Of a stretch of 47,211 nucleotides of DNA, positions 31,964-40,045 are shown piece after piece; positions within the stretch are counted from its first letter, which is position 1; each line of letters begins with the position of its first letter. This stretch comes from a virus, in IMG/VR virus record IMGVR_UViG_3300045988_030428; one strand, 5' to 3'. A program made the position numbers and the translations under genes. The notes beneath the pieces are model-generated. The model saw only the letters and a program-made list of their open reading frames with translations. It was not told where the DNA came from and ran no database searches.

Positions 31964-32152
31964 TTATTCCGTGTCTCCGCTATCTTCTCTTTCTTCTTTG
32001 TTCTTCCCGTTTTTCTGCAATGACGCCCGCAGAAACGCAGTTATCAGGATGTTCGCCTGTTCTTCTGTTGCGCCCGCGTTTATCGTAGCTTTGTAAAACA
32101 GCAGCGACATTTCTGCAAGCGCTCCAACGGCGTCAATGAGTTCGCCCATCAT
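31964..32152 (-). CDS. Small hypothetical protein (62 aa)
   Basis: The ATG overlaps the RuvC-like stop (ATGA). Product: MMGELIDAVGALAEMSLLFYKATINAGATEEQANILITAFLRASLQKNG... Confidence 0.5.
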   Translation of the reverse strand: MMGELIDAVGALAEMSLLFYKATINAGATEEQANILITAFLRASLQKNGKNKEEREDSGDTE

Positions 32153-32655
32153 ATCCGAATCCCCTTTATAAATTTGTCGTAGTACGTCGTAGCTACCGCC
32201 ATAGCCGCCCACATGTCGGCGGAGAAGCCGAAGAAAAAGCCCGGCTGTTTCTTTGTGCCTTTCCCGAAGTTCGGCTGTCCGGGCGCGTAGCGGTCCGCCA
32301 GCGCCTGCCGGATGTTGCCATCCTTCGCCCTCGGCGAGCCGCACAGGCAAAGCTTTTCTTCCCGCCGGTAGATATACCCCATCCGGCGGAAGCCCCGCGT
32401 TAGCGCACGCTCCCAATATCGGCCTATCCATACGCACGTATCGAAGACTTCTGCACCGACCGCCATGCCCATTCCGGCGATCATCTCAATCGCAAAATCT
32501 GTTTCTGCGCTTTCTGCGATCTCGGAAATTATCCGCATCATTTCTGCGTTCTCTACCTTCCCGACACGAAGCACACGCCTGATTTCTGCCTCATCGTATT
32601 CGGCCAAGACATAGCCGCTTCTGACGTTGCCGGGGTCAATGGATAATATTTTCAT
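32149..32655 (-). CDS. RuvC-like Holliday junction resolvase
   Basis: MKILSIDPGNVRSGYVL is the N-terminal catalytic Asp motif. 168 aa. Confidence 0.7.
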   Translation of the reverse strand: MKILSIDPGNVRSGYVLAEYDEAEIRRVLRVGKVENAEMMRIISEIAESAETDFAIEMIAGMGMAVGAEVFDTCVWIGRYWERALTRGFRRMGYIYRREEKLCLCGSPRAKDGNIRQALADRYAPGQPNFGKGTKKQPGFFFGFSADMWAAMAVATTYYDKFIKGIRI

Positions 32656-32839
32656 CTTCAGCCTCTTTCTGCATCGCGTCAACACGCCGCTTAAGCCTTT
32701 CTGCGCGTCGCAGATGGTTTTCTGCCCGTGATATTATTCGCGTGACTGTAGACCTGTTTACGCCGTATCTGCGGGCTATTTCGCCGGTTCTGACGCCGCT
32801 CATGTAGAGCAGATAGAATTCCTCCTGCCTGTCCGTCAT
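32636..32839 (-). CDS. Sigma70 region-4-like/HTH transcriptional regulator (late activator candidate)
   Basis: 67 aa. FYLLYMSGVRTGEIARRYGVNRSTVTRIISRAENHL. Confidence 0.6.
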   Translation of the reverse strand: MTDRQEEFYLLYMSGVRTGEIARRYGVNRSTVTRIISRAENHLRRAERLKRRVDAMQKEAEDENIIH

Positions 32840-33066
32840 AGCAATTCCCCCAGCCCGAACATATTCCCTTCGCCGCAGAGGAACAGTAGCTTTACAAGGT
32901 CAACGAAAACGCGCGGATTCAGTCCGGTTTTTATCTCGATCATGCGCAAATGGTAATCAACGTCGCCCGGACTCAAAAAAATCTCTTCTGCGGTCTTTCT
33001 GCTGCTCATATTGCACTTCGCAAATACCGGTAGTATCTTCTTCTGCGTCCATGTAATGGCTTCCAT
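32836..33066 (-). CDS. LuxR/GerE-type HTH protein
   Basis: SSRKTAEEIFLSPGDVDYHLRMIEIKTGLNPRVFVDLVKL. Start taken at the ATG at 33066. Confidence 0.5.
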   Translation of the reverse strand: MEAITWTQKKILPVFAKCNMSSRKTAEEIFLSPGDVDYHLRMIEIKTGLNPRVFVDLVKLLFLCGEGNMFGLGELL

Positions 33067-33080
33067 TCCTTTCTGCACCG

Positions 33081-33425
33081 TCAAACCTCCTTGCATTCGT
33101 CCTTTCGCACGTTTACCCTATGCCCGTTTACGGAGACAACGTATCCGGTCGGCGCTCTGTGACATTCGTATTTCTCCGCAATATAGGTTTTGCCGAGAAT
33201 TGGCCTGAAATCAGCGTAAATCGGAAGAACTTTGGTTATAATTACCTTAATGCCGTCCGTCCTTTTTGGTTTAGCAGCCGCACCGAGTTTTACGTGCTTT
33301 TTCTTCTGCGGGTCTCTGTATGCGTGATAACATTCCGGCGTACAAAATACACGTTTGCTTGTGTTTTTTGCCTTTCTCGTTATCAACTTCCCACAAGTCT
33401 GGCAATGCATTGTAATTTCAATCAT
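33081..33425 (-). CDS. Zinc-ribbon protein (114 aa)
   Basis: AAAGGAGA RBS and ATG at 33425. CQTCGKLI...CTPECYHAY. Confidence 0.5.
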   Translation of the reverse strand: MIEITMHCQTCGKLITRKAKNTSKRVFCTPECYHAYRDPQKKKHVKLGAAAKPKRTDGIKVIITKVLPIYADFRPILGKTYIAEKYECHRAPTGYVVSVNGHRVNVRKDECKEV

Positions 33426-34044
33426 TTTCCCGTCTCCTTTGCCTGTAAAAGAGTTTATTATACGCCTCGTAGCGTTCGTCGATATGCGTTGAGCTGACGA
33501 TCCCACCCGTTTTCTCCATCAGCACATCAAAGTAGTTTTTGTCCTTCCCGCACGGATGCATTTCCGGACATCCCCCGCGATATATGCAGCTCGGGCAAAG
33601 CACATCCGCAATTTCCGGCTCGATCTCATGCAGCGCCGCCTTAAAGTCCTCGGCATACTGCCGCGTCTCTGGCGAGGACTGGCGGCACAAGCGCTTGCGC
33701 ATGGTGTCAATGAGCGACTGCACATTTGCTTCGCCTGTGAAGTCAACAGGCGCGTCCTGTGGTAGTTTGTCTCTCGGTATCCCCGTCCGGTCTGAACGCT
33801 GGCTTTTGATGTACTTCTCAAATTTGTGACGGCTCCAATGCGTCGCCACCCAACTCTTGATGCCGTGCCATGTCCATTTTACGGAGATATCCCGGATCGG
33901 GCTGTGCTCCGCAATGAGAACTTTCCTTTTGAAATCCGCGCTTGGCTCATGGTCGAGCGGCGGCTTGCCGACCGTTGACCGGCAGTCGGAAGCGACTTCT
34001 ACCCAGTCACCCTTTATTTTCAGGATTTCGGTCTTTCTGCCCAT
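33418..34044 (-). CDS. ThyX-like (FAD-dependent thymidylate synthase-like) protein
   Basis: AGGAGG RBS and ATG at 34044. [40 protein letters not shown] resembles the ThyX core (H.SP...RHR..S....S.R) but is divergent. Confidence 0.5.
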   Translation of the reverse strand: MGRKTEILKIKGDWVEVASDCRSTVGKPPLDHEPSADFKRKVLIAEHSPIRDISVKWTWHGIKSWVATHWSRHKFEKYIKSQRSDRTGIPRDKLPQDAPVDFTGEANVQSLIDTMRKRLCRQSSPETRQYAEDFKAALHEIEPEIADVLCPSCIYRGGCPEMHPCGKDKNYFDVLMEKTGGIVSSTHIDERYEAYNKLFYRQRRREND

Positions 34045-34354
34045 TCTCCGACGCCTCCTGTTCCATTTCCACGGCAAAGGCAACTCTGCAAAGCGCATGT
34101 GCCAAATGCTCATTTGTCTCGTCTCCGGCGAGCCAAGCGAACAGGTGCGTCAAAGCGCGGCCTACATGCTCCTTTGCCGGAATCAGTTTGTAATTGTTCT
34201 CTGGATAGTGATGCACCGCGTCCGACTCGTACCGCACCTGCGATAGCTTCAGCATTGCCATCGGTGGAAGCCATTCACTCTTGAATGGGCGGAAGGATTG
34301 TCTTCCGCCGTTCTTCTTCAACTCTTGCTCGTTCGTTATTTTCTCAAGGCTCAT
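34007..34354 (-). CDS. dNTP pyrophosphohydrolase-associated domain protein (DUF5664-like)
   Basis: The pattern [13 protein letters not shown]...[36 protein letters not shown] resembles the phage dATP/dGTP diphosphohydrolase N-domain. The assignment is tentative. Confidence 0.4.
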   Translation of the reverse strand: MSLEKITNEQELKKNGGRQSFRPFKSEWLPPMAMLKLSQVRYESDAVHHYPENNYKLIPAKEHVGRALTHLFAWLAGDETNEHLAHALCRVAFAVEMEQEASENGQKDRNPENKG

Positions 34355-34746
34355 TTCATACGTCCTTTCTGTTCAAAACAGGCTTGTTTGTTCAGTATGC
34401 TCTGTTTCCTGACCTTCTGCAAAAATATTGCAGAGCATTTTTTCTTTGGCTTCCCTGTAAAAATTCCTGTCGATTTCAAAACCGAAAGCATTCCGGCCAA
34501 GCTCCGAGGCAGCGCGGGCTTCCCTTCGTGCTTTGCCGCGTGATGGCAGAATTCCAGCTCCTGCGCGCTCTTTCCCAAGCCGAAGCTTTCAAAGAGCGCC
34601 CGCCGGCCGCCGCGCAGCGCCCAGCGCACCGCGTCCCTCTGATGCGGCTTCAGCGCCGGATTGATATCTTTCTCCGGAACGGAAAAGCCGCTCACCGGAG
34701 CCGTCTCGATTTTTGATTTCAGAAACTCCAAGTATTTGCTGTTCAT
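34351..34746 (-). pseudogene. N-terminal remnant of an SNF2/DEAD-like helicase (or helicase-methylase)
   Basis: LKPHQRDAVRWALRGGRRALFESFGLGKSAQELE is helicase motif I/Ia-like. After about 75 aa the translation loses helicase character, and the ORF stops at 131 aa. Confidence 0.4.
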
Positions 34747-34754
34747 CTTGTCTC

Positions 34755-35570
34755 CTATACAAACACAGTATCGTCCAAGACCTGTGAGTTGTCCGTGATT
34801 TTAACTTTCATATCGTCTGTCAGCGTAATAATGACTTCTGCCTTGGACGCTCCAAACGGAAGGAATCCCGATCTATACTCTTTGCAGACCATCCGTTCCC
34901 CATCTTCCATCGTGAACTTGTTCCCGCTTGAATCCTTGTACACGCAATCTGGATTGCACGTTGCGAGTTTTGCACATCTTCCGATAAATGTCGGAGACAG
35001 CTCTGCATACTTTGGGTACTCTTTCACGAAACGGTCATATTCCACGGGGAACAGTCTTTTGAATTGGTGCAGGAAATTCGGAACGATTACATCCGCATGG
35101 CCCTTGATGATGTCTCCGCACATATTGCGTGGTTTATATCCAAGTGCGTTGTCCAAATTGTCCGGTGTCAGCATTGGTCTGTCCACTAGTAAATGTTGAT
35201 TTGTGAATATCGCCGTTGATGCGTTCAGTCGGATTCCGTCCAATTCGAGGTCAACGTAAGGAAGATTCAGATACGCCATATCTCCAATGCGAATTACATG
35301 CCAATAGGATGGATATCTGAGTTTGCGATATTCTGGCGAATGCCGCGCTGCGTCTGTCACAGTGTCATAGCGTTTGCTCTGTTTTGTGCCGCCATCCACT
35401 TTTTCTACTTTGCCAAGTTCGCACCGGCGGTTAAACGGTATGGTAACGTTCAGGCATTTTCCCTCGTGGTACGCGGAGCATTCCTGCGCGTAATCGCAGC
35501 GAATGTATTCCGCCCGAAGCCGATTGTTTCGTTTTCCCTCTCCGTAGAGAGCGACGTTTATGAGCGCCAT
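34755..35570 (-). CDS. Hypothetical early protein (271 aa)
   Basis: GGAGGGAAGG RBS and ATG at 35570. Several Cys pairs. No motif recognised. Confidence 0.6.
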   Translation of the reverse strand: MALINVALYGEGKRNNRLRAEYIRCDYAQECSAYHEGKCLNVTIPFNRRCELGKVEKVDGGTKQSKRYDTVTDAARHSPEYRKLRYPSYWHVIRIGDMAYLNLPYVDLELDGIRLNASTAIFTNQHLLVDRPMLTPDNLDNALGYKPRNMCGDIIKGHADVIVPNFLHQFKRLFPVEYDRFVKEYPKYAELSPTFIGRCAKLATCNPDCVYKDSSGNKFTMEDGERMVCKEYRSGFLPFGASKAEVIITLTDDMKVKITDNSQVLDDTVFV

Positions 35571-35607
35571 TATCCTTCCCTCCGTTTCCCGTGATGGCAG
35601 GACCAAT

Positions 35608-35838
35608 TCACAGATGTTTCCATGCGTTCAGTAGAATAATTACACCAAGTTTGATTGGTTTCTTTGTCCCTTGAAGAGTACCTACAATCCCTGCACCGCG
35701 TAATTGCTTCCGGTGCATTTTGTCCGCTTCTCTTTCCGAAATTTCAGTCAGCCAAAAATCGCGCTTGCATTTTCTACATGCTGTGCAGTCATGTACATAA
35801 ATACATGTGCGCCCCATGTTTGTCGCATGTGGTGCCAC
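35608..35838 (-). CDS. Hypothetical Cys-rich small protein
   Basis: ORF only (CIYVHDCTACRKCKRDF). The start is uncertain. Confidence 0.35.
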   Translation of the reverse strand: MAPHATNMGRTCIYVHDCTACRKCKRDFWLTEISEREADKMHRKQLRGAGIVGTLQGTKKPIKLGVIILLNAWKHL

Positions 35839-35943
35839 ATTAAGCTTGGCTGGGCAGATTGATACAGTCTCATCTTCAATTTGTGCTGATGGAAAAATTT
35901 TTAGGAATTTGCTCTGTCTCGTTTTAACAGGATGCTCTTTTGC

Positions 35944-36162
35944 CTACTTCTCGACCGCAGCAACACATTCCCCTGCGTTGTTGGTGAGATCGTTCATATG
36001 GCATCCGCGTCCAATATCGTCAAGTGGACAGCCTACACACGGTTTTCCCGTGATGTTGTTCTTAGAATCAAAAGAATCGCACATTCTCGCATATGCTTTG
36101 AAATACTCCACAGCATCCATTTTCTGTCCTCCTACATATTTGTCTTTGATGTAATCGGCCAT
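35944..36162 (-). CDS. Hypothetical protein (72 aa)
   Basis: ATG lies 1 nt after the upstream stop. Cys motifs: CVGCP...GRGCH...GEC. Confidence 0.5.
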   Translation of the reverse strand: MADYIKDKYVGGQKMDAVEYFKAYARMCDSFDSKNNITGKPCVGCPLDDIGRGCHMNDLTNNAGECVAAVEK

Positions 36163-36163
36163 T

Positions 36164-36433
36164 TCAAAGTTCCCACTCTGGTACCCCGAACATCTCTATA
36201 ATCTTTTTCATGACCTCATCGATTCCCGGCTTGCCATCATACAAATAACCTTCAATGTCATAATCAGACGGTTCTTGGAGGTTCCAGTTGTTTTTTACCG
36301 CATAGTCGATCATATCCTTTAACAGCTGGTTCAAGTCCTCCATTGTGGATCGATATACGGCATATGATTCGCGCGCCGTTTGCAGTTTGTTCTTGACCGC
36401 TCCGAAAAGAACTTCATTTACAGATCTAGACAT
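36164..36433 (-). CDS. Hypothetical protein (89 aa)
   Basis: GGAGA RBS and ATG at 36433. AT-rich block. Confidence 0.5.
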   Translation of the reverse strand: MSRSVNEVLFGAVKNKLQTARESYAVYRSTMEDLNQLLKDMIDYAVKNNWNLQEPSDYDIEGYLYDGKPGIDEVMKKIIEMFGVPEWEL

Positions 36434-36608
36434 ATGGTGTTTCTCCATTTGCAAGTATTTCTTTCATTCCATCCGGAAGAGCAAACGATCCAGGTATCAG
36501 ATCGAGGATTTTCTTCCGTAGCAGCACTTCTGCCTGCCTCTTGGTCAGCTGCGGCTCTCGCTTCTTCGGCGGCATGTCCGCCATGGATTCAAACCGCAGG
36601 CCGCTCAT
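36426..36608 (-). CDS. Hypothetical small protein (60 aa)
   Basis: The ATG at 36608 overlaps the upstream stop (ATGA). Confidence 0.4.
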   Translation of the reverse strand: MSGLRFESMADMPPKKREPQLTKRQAEVLLRKKILDLIPGSFALPDGMKEILANGETPYV

Positions 36609-36841
36609 TCGGTCGTGCCCCAACTGCAAAAATTGTCTGGCTCGACAGCAACAGCGTTTTTAAAGGACGTGCGCGAAAAGCACATGCCATCGATGTTGTA
36701 AATGCAGTCCTTGCACCGCACCACCTCCGCAACGTCGGCGGCGGGCAGCTTCCTGATTTCTGCAAACGCCGCAGCGTAATCCCCGCACGTCCGCGTTGTA
36801 ATTTCCAACGCCGCTTCGCGGCTGATATAATCACCCGCCAT
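36605..36841 (-). CDS. Hypothetical protein (78 aa)
   Basis: GGAGGTG RBS and ATG at 36841. Product: MAGDYISREAALEITTRTCGDYAAAFAEIRKLPAADVAEVVRCKDCIY... Confidence 0.55.
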   Translation of the reverse strand: MAGDYISREAALEITTRTCGDYAAAFAEIRKLPAADVAEVVRCKDCIYNIDGMCFSRTSFKNAVAVEPDNFCSWGTTE

Positions 36842-37058
36842 GCCGCACCTCCACGCCTGCCATTTCAAGCAACTCGTAAATGTCCGTTTCATCGCTGTTC
36901 GCGAGGAAATTGTCATATTCGTCGTAGTAGTTGTACGCCGTGTATGCGCGGGCTTGGATTCCGGCGTATTTCTTGAGCAACTTATTTGCCCCCTCGATTC
37001 CAAATGTGCAAGCATCCTCCAGCTCTTCCATCTGTGATTTCGTGATAAACTTAGCCAT
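36831..37058 (-). CDS. Hypothetical protein (75 aa)
   Basis: The start lies within the conserved 21-nt junction (GGAGGGCAAGAAGGATGGCT). Confidence 0.55.
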   Translation of the reverse strand: MAKFITKSQMEELEDACTFGIEGANKLLKKYAGIQARAYTAYNYYDEYDNFLANSDETDIYELLEMAGVEVRHGG

Positions 37059-37278
37059 CCTTCTTGCCCTCCAATCCCCATTCCTTCAAAACCATATCCC
37101 TGCGCACCATGCAGGCAGCATTTGCCGGAAACACAAACGTCTCATCCGTAGAGCATCGTGCATAGTCTTTGCACCGGAAGCATTCGCCGAGGATTACGGC
37201 GGCCTGAACGCCCAGACCCTCAGCCTGCTTTTCAGGCGGCAAGTCCTCCATAAATGCGGTACAGTATGTTTCAGCCAT
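37051..37278 (-). CDS. Hypothetical Cys-containing protein (75 aa)
   Basis: The start lies within the second copy of the 21-nt junction. It ends in ...EGKKDG, like the upstream gene. Confidence 0.5.
   Translation of the reverse strand: MAETYCTAFMEDLPPEKQAEGLGVQAAVILGECFRCKDYARCSTDETFVFPANAACMVRRDMVLKEWGLEGKKDG
37053..37073. repeat. 21-nt exact repeat at a gene junction (copy 1)
   Basis: agccatccttcttgccctcca is identical to 37273..37293. On the minus strand it reads TGGAGGGCAAGAAGGATGGCT, which is the end of one gene (EGKKDG) plus the RBS and ATG of the next. Confidence 0.9.
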
Positions 37279-37774
37279 CCTTCTTGCCCTCCATCGCCCG
37301 CTCGACCTCAATGCCGGTGAATCGGCGGCTGAAATGGTACCAGTTCGTCATACAGTCGCTTCCCGCATCGTCCGGCGTTGCATCCTCATAATCAAAGTAG
37401 ATGTTGATATTCTCCCCAAATGGTTCCCTGCTGGCGATTACTGCGGTTATGCGCACCGCGCGACCGTCCTCATCTACCCATCGTTCTCCCACCTTGCACG
37501 GCAAAACCACCACGCGGCCCTCTTTGTCAGCCACATGCAGGTTGTGTGCTCGCTCAATTCTGGATGTGTCATTGTCAAAAGCTGCTTCGACGACTTCTTT
37601 CATCCAAGAAACCTTTTCAGGGCTTAACCTTGTGTCCTCGTAGGCGGCAAGGCAATCCATCATCTCTCGGACACCTGCGGGTTCAACCTCGCAGGGGATC
37701 TGTCCGGTCGAGTAAGGATTTTTCGCGCCAACGTAGACCACAACGCCGTTAATCCTTCTTGTCAGTCGTTCCAT
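37271..37774 (-). CDS. Hypothetical protein (167 aa, MERLT... family)
   Basis: ATG at 37774. Product: MERLTRRINGVVVYVGAKN...CLAAYEDTRLSPEKVSWMK... Confidence 0.55.
   Translation of the reverse strand: MERLTRRINGVVVYVGAKNPYSTGQIPCEVEPAGVREMMDCLAAYEDTRLSPEKVSWMKEVVEAAFDNDTSRIERAHNLHVADKEGRVVVLPCKVGERWVDEDGRAVRITAVIASREPFGENINIYFDYEDATPDDAGSDCMTNWYHFSRRFTGIEVERAMEGKKDG
37273..37293. repeat. 21-nt exact repeat at a gene junction (copy 2)
   Basis: Identical to 37053..37073. Confidence 0.9.
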
Positions 37775-38283
37775 AGTTCTTCCTCCACATACCGCCAGCT
37801 CTGCGGCGGGCGGGTGATGGGCACCGGTTCTGCTCCGAATTTTGTCTCCCGCAGGCCGGTAAACGCCCACAGATCGCGCGGGTGATCGTAAATTCTTAGG
37901 TTGGAAATATGCCAGCCGTATAATCCATGTGCGCCGTTTGCATACTTTCGAATCTCATTGGCAGATAGGCAAGTATGCAGGATGTCTTCTTCGCTCAGCC
38001 AAAAAAGACTATTCGCAAAAAGATTTGTCACACGGTAGCAGTTAAAATCCCCTATGACTTTACCGTTTCCACATTTATCAAACATATTGTGGCTATGGTC
38101 ATCCACATAGGAATATCGTGGCCCTGTCCAAAACTGTTCTTTCGAATCCTTCGTGCAATAGATGTAGACCTTAAATGGTCCATCTAACTGAGGACGCCTT
38201 TTGCGCACCTCGATAGTTTTCTGCCCGTTTATGATCTTCTCACACCACTCCGGGCGAATGCTGATCAAAACAGCTTTACTCAT
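37762..38283 (-). CDS. ASCH (PUA-like) domain protein
   Basis: MSKAVLISIRPEWCEKIINGQKTIEVRKRRP is the ASCH N-terminal signature. Confidence 0.7.
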   Translation of the reverse strand: MSKAVLISIRPEWCEKIINGQKTIEVRKRRPQLDGPFKVYIYCTKDSKEQFWTGPRYSYVDDHSHNMFDKCGNGKVIGDFNCYRVTNLFANSLFWLSEEDILHTCLSANEIRKYANGAHGLYGWHISNLRIYDHPRDLWAFTGLRETKFGAEPVPITRPPQSWRYVEEELWND

Positions 38284-38803
38284 GCTTGCCTCCTTCCTCC
38301 GGCGCTCCCGGCGATTCTAGCTTCATAAAGCAGCCCCAAAATGTTTTTGCCTTTTTTCCGCTTCTGTGCCCGAACAGTGGCTTCTCTCCGATTGCTTCCC
38401 ACACTTTTTTTGCCTCAATCTGCACCTCCGACCACTTGAAGATCAAAACCCCATCCGGTTTCAAAACACGCATACACTCGCGAAACCCATCATGCAGCAT
38501 CTGCGGCCAGTTGTCGCTTAGCACACCGTATTTCTTCCGCATCCACGAGTTTTCACCTGCACGCTCCAAATGTGGAGGATCGAAGATCACAAGCGTGAAT
38601 GTATCATCTGCGAACGGAAGATCCGTGAAGTCACATTGTATATCAGGGGCTATCACACATTTCCGTTCAGAATCATTCTTCGTGCTTTTCCAGATTCCAG
38701 TGTATGATTCGCGCCTGCTATCGCAATACACTGCGGCCGGATGCGCCTTGTCGAACCAGATCGTGCGGGAACCGCACGTAACATCAAGAATTTTCTTTTC
38801 CAT
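38276..38803 (-). CDS. DNA methyltransferase (N6-adenine/N4-cytosine type, DPPH motif)
   Basis: ILDVTCGS is the SAM motif. LVIFDPPHL is motif IV (DPP[YH]). 175 aa. Confidence 0.6.
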   Translation of the reverse strand: MEKKILDVTCGSRTIWFDKAHPAAVYCDSRRESYTGIWKSTKNDSERKCVIAPDIQCDFTDLPFADDTFTLVIFDPPHLERAGENSWMRKKYGVLSDNWPQMLHDGFRECMRVLKPDGVLIFKWSEVQIEAKKVWEAIGEKPLFGHRSGKKAKTFWGCFMKLESPGAPEEGGKHE

Positions 38804-39179
38804 TGTGTGCCTCCTGCGCTTCCGGCAGCGGCATCCAGTGGGTGACTATACTGCCAAGGCAGTCCCGCATAGCTATTCCGTCATATCTTCTCCATGTATC
38901 CGCGCTTGTGCGGTACGCCTCGCCGACAAATACGCCGTCCGTAGCAAGGACGCGTTTTCCCGGTTCCGGACTCCGTTCCTCCACGCTGATCCACTGCGGC
39001 ACCTTCTCCCGCAGCGCCGCGTTCTCGGTGGTCAGGCGCTCGATCACGTTAGCAGCTGCAAACTCGATGTATTCCCGCCGATCTTGGATTCCTCCGACCT
39101 TGCAGTTTTCGCACGCGTCGTCGTGTCCAAGCCCCTTCGCGCAGCACCGCAGTGCCTGTATAATTTCCTTGTCTGTCAT
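38784..39179 (-). CDS. DUF551-domain protein
   Basis: WISVEERSPEPGKRVLATDG...VTHWMPLPEAQE matches the DUF551 pattern. Confidence 0.6.
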   Translation of the reverse strand: MTDKEIIQALRCCAKGLGHDDACENCKVGGIQDRREYIEFAAANVIERLTTENAALREKVPQWISVEERSPEPGKRVLATDGVFVGEAYRTSADTWRRYDGIAMRDCLGSIVTHWMPLPEAQEAHNGKENS

Positions 39180-40045
39180 ATATCCTCCATTCCTTCAAGA
39201 ACCATTTGTCCCGGCAGCACGCCGTCCTCCAGACTCCAGTGCAGGACGTCTTCGCCGGTCTGCCAATCGCACGGCAGGCCGCGGCTGCGGCGCTCCTCGA
39301 TCATCCGGCCATAAGCCCGGATGTAGGCATCCCGGTATCCGGGGTAGCGCGCGAGCTGCACCTTCCGGTGCTTGCCCGCCATCGGGCAATTGATGCAGCC
39401 CACGCGATCTTCGCCGCAGGCGTAAAGCGGATTCATACAGATCTTTTCTGCTGCGCAGTAATCCCAGATGGATTCGGTCGGCCAATCGATAATCGGATTG
39501 ACCGTTCGGGTCCCCTTGAGCTGGCAATTTTCTATCAGCATCCGGCTTTCGTCATTGTCGTTCATCAGTGTCAGCCGCTTGGATTTATCCCTGTGCAGGG
39601 CCTCCATAACGCCACGGGATTTGCGCTTTTGCGATTCCTCCCAGCGGACGCCGGTCGCGATCCACCTGCCACGTCCGCTGGTCTCTTTGAGCGCCGCGCA
39701 GCAGTAGCGCATAATGCGTGTCGGCGGCACCAGCTTCAGCGGGATTAGTCGCCACATGGTCATGTACGTCCCATCCGGCTGCTTGTGCTTATCGATATCG
39801 CACGGTACGCCCGCCAACTCCAGCCTTCGGAATGTTCCCCGCACATGCCAGACGGTCTCCGGCGCATCAGCTGTCGTCAGCGAGTGCAGCACCTCATACG
39901 GGATTCCTGCCGCGCCCGCCAGATGCAGCAGCACGTCAGAGTCCTTCCCCCCGGAATACGTGACCACCAGCGGCTGCTTGTAGAGCCGTAAGCTCATATC
40001 CGAGGCCATCCGCAGCCGCTCAATCGCGGTTTGTTCTAAGTCCAT
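39176..40045 (-). CDS. PAPS reductase-like PP-loop ATPase family protein
   Basis: [16 protein letters not shown] is the PP-loop SGGKDS motif. 289 aa with a Cys-rich C-half ([12 protein letters not shown]). Confidence 0.75.
   Translation of the reverse strand: MDLEQTAIERLRMASDMSLRLYKQPLVVTYSGGKDSDVLLHLAGAAGIPYEVLHSLTTADAPETVWHVRGTFRRLELAGVPCDIDKHKQPDGTYMTMWRLIPLKLVPPTRIMRYCCAALKETSGRGRWIATGVRWEESQKRKSRGVMEALHRDKSKRLTLMNDNDESRMLIENCQLKGTRTVNPIIDWPTESIWDYCAAEKICMNPLYACGEDRVGCINCPMAGKHRKVQLARYPGYRDAYIRAYGRMIEERRSRGLPCDWQTGEDVLHWSLEDGVLPGQMVLEGMEDI

Noticed and set aside
36605-37081. 158-aa long form of the ORF
   Set aside because: The upstream half overlaps gene 36831..37058 in another frame and reads as junk. 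A GGAGGTG RBS precedes the internal ATG at 36841.
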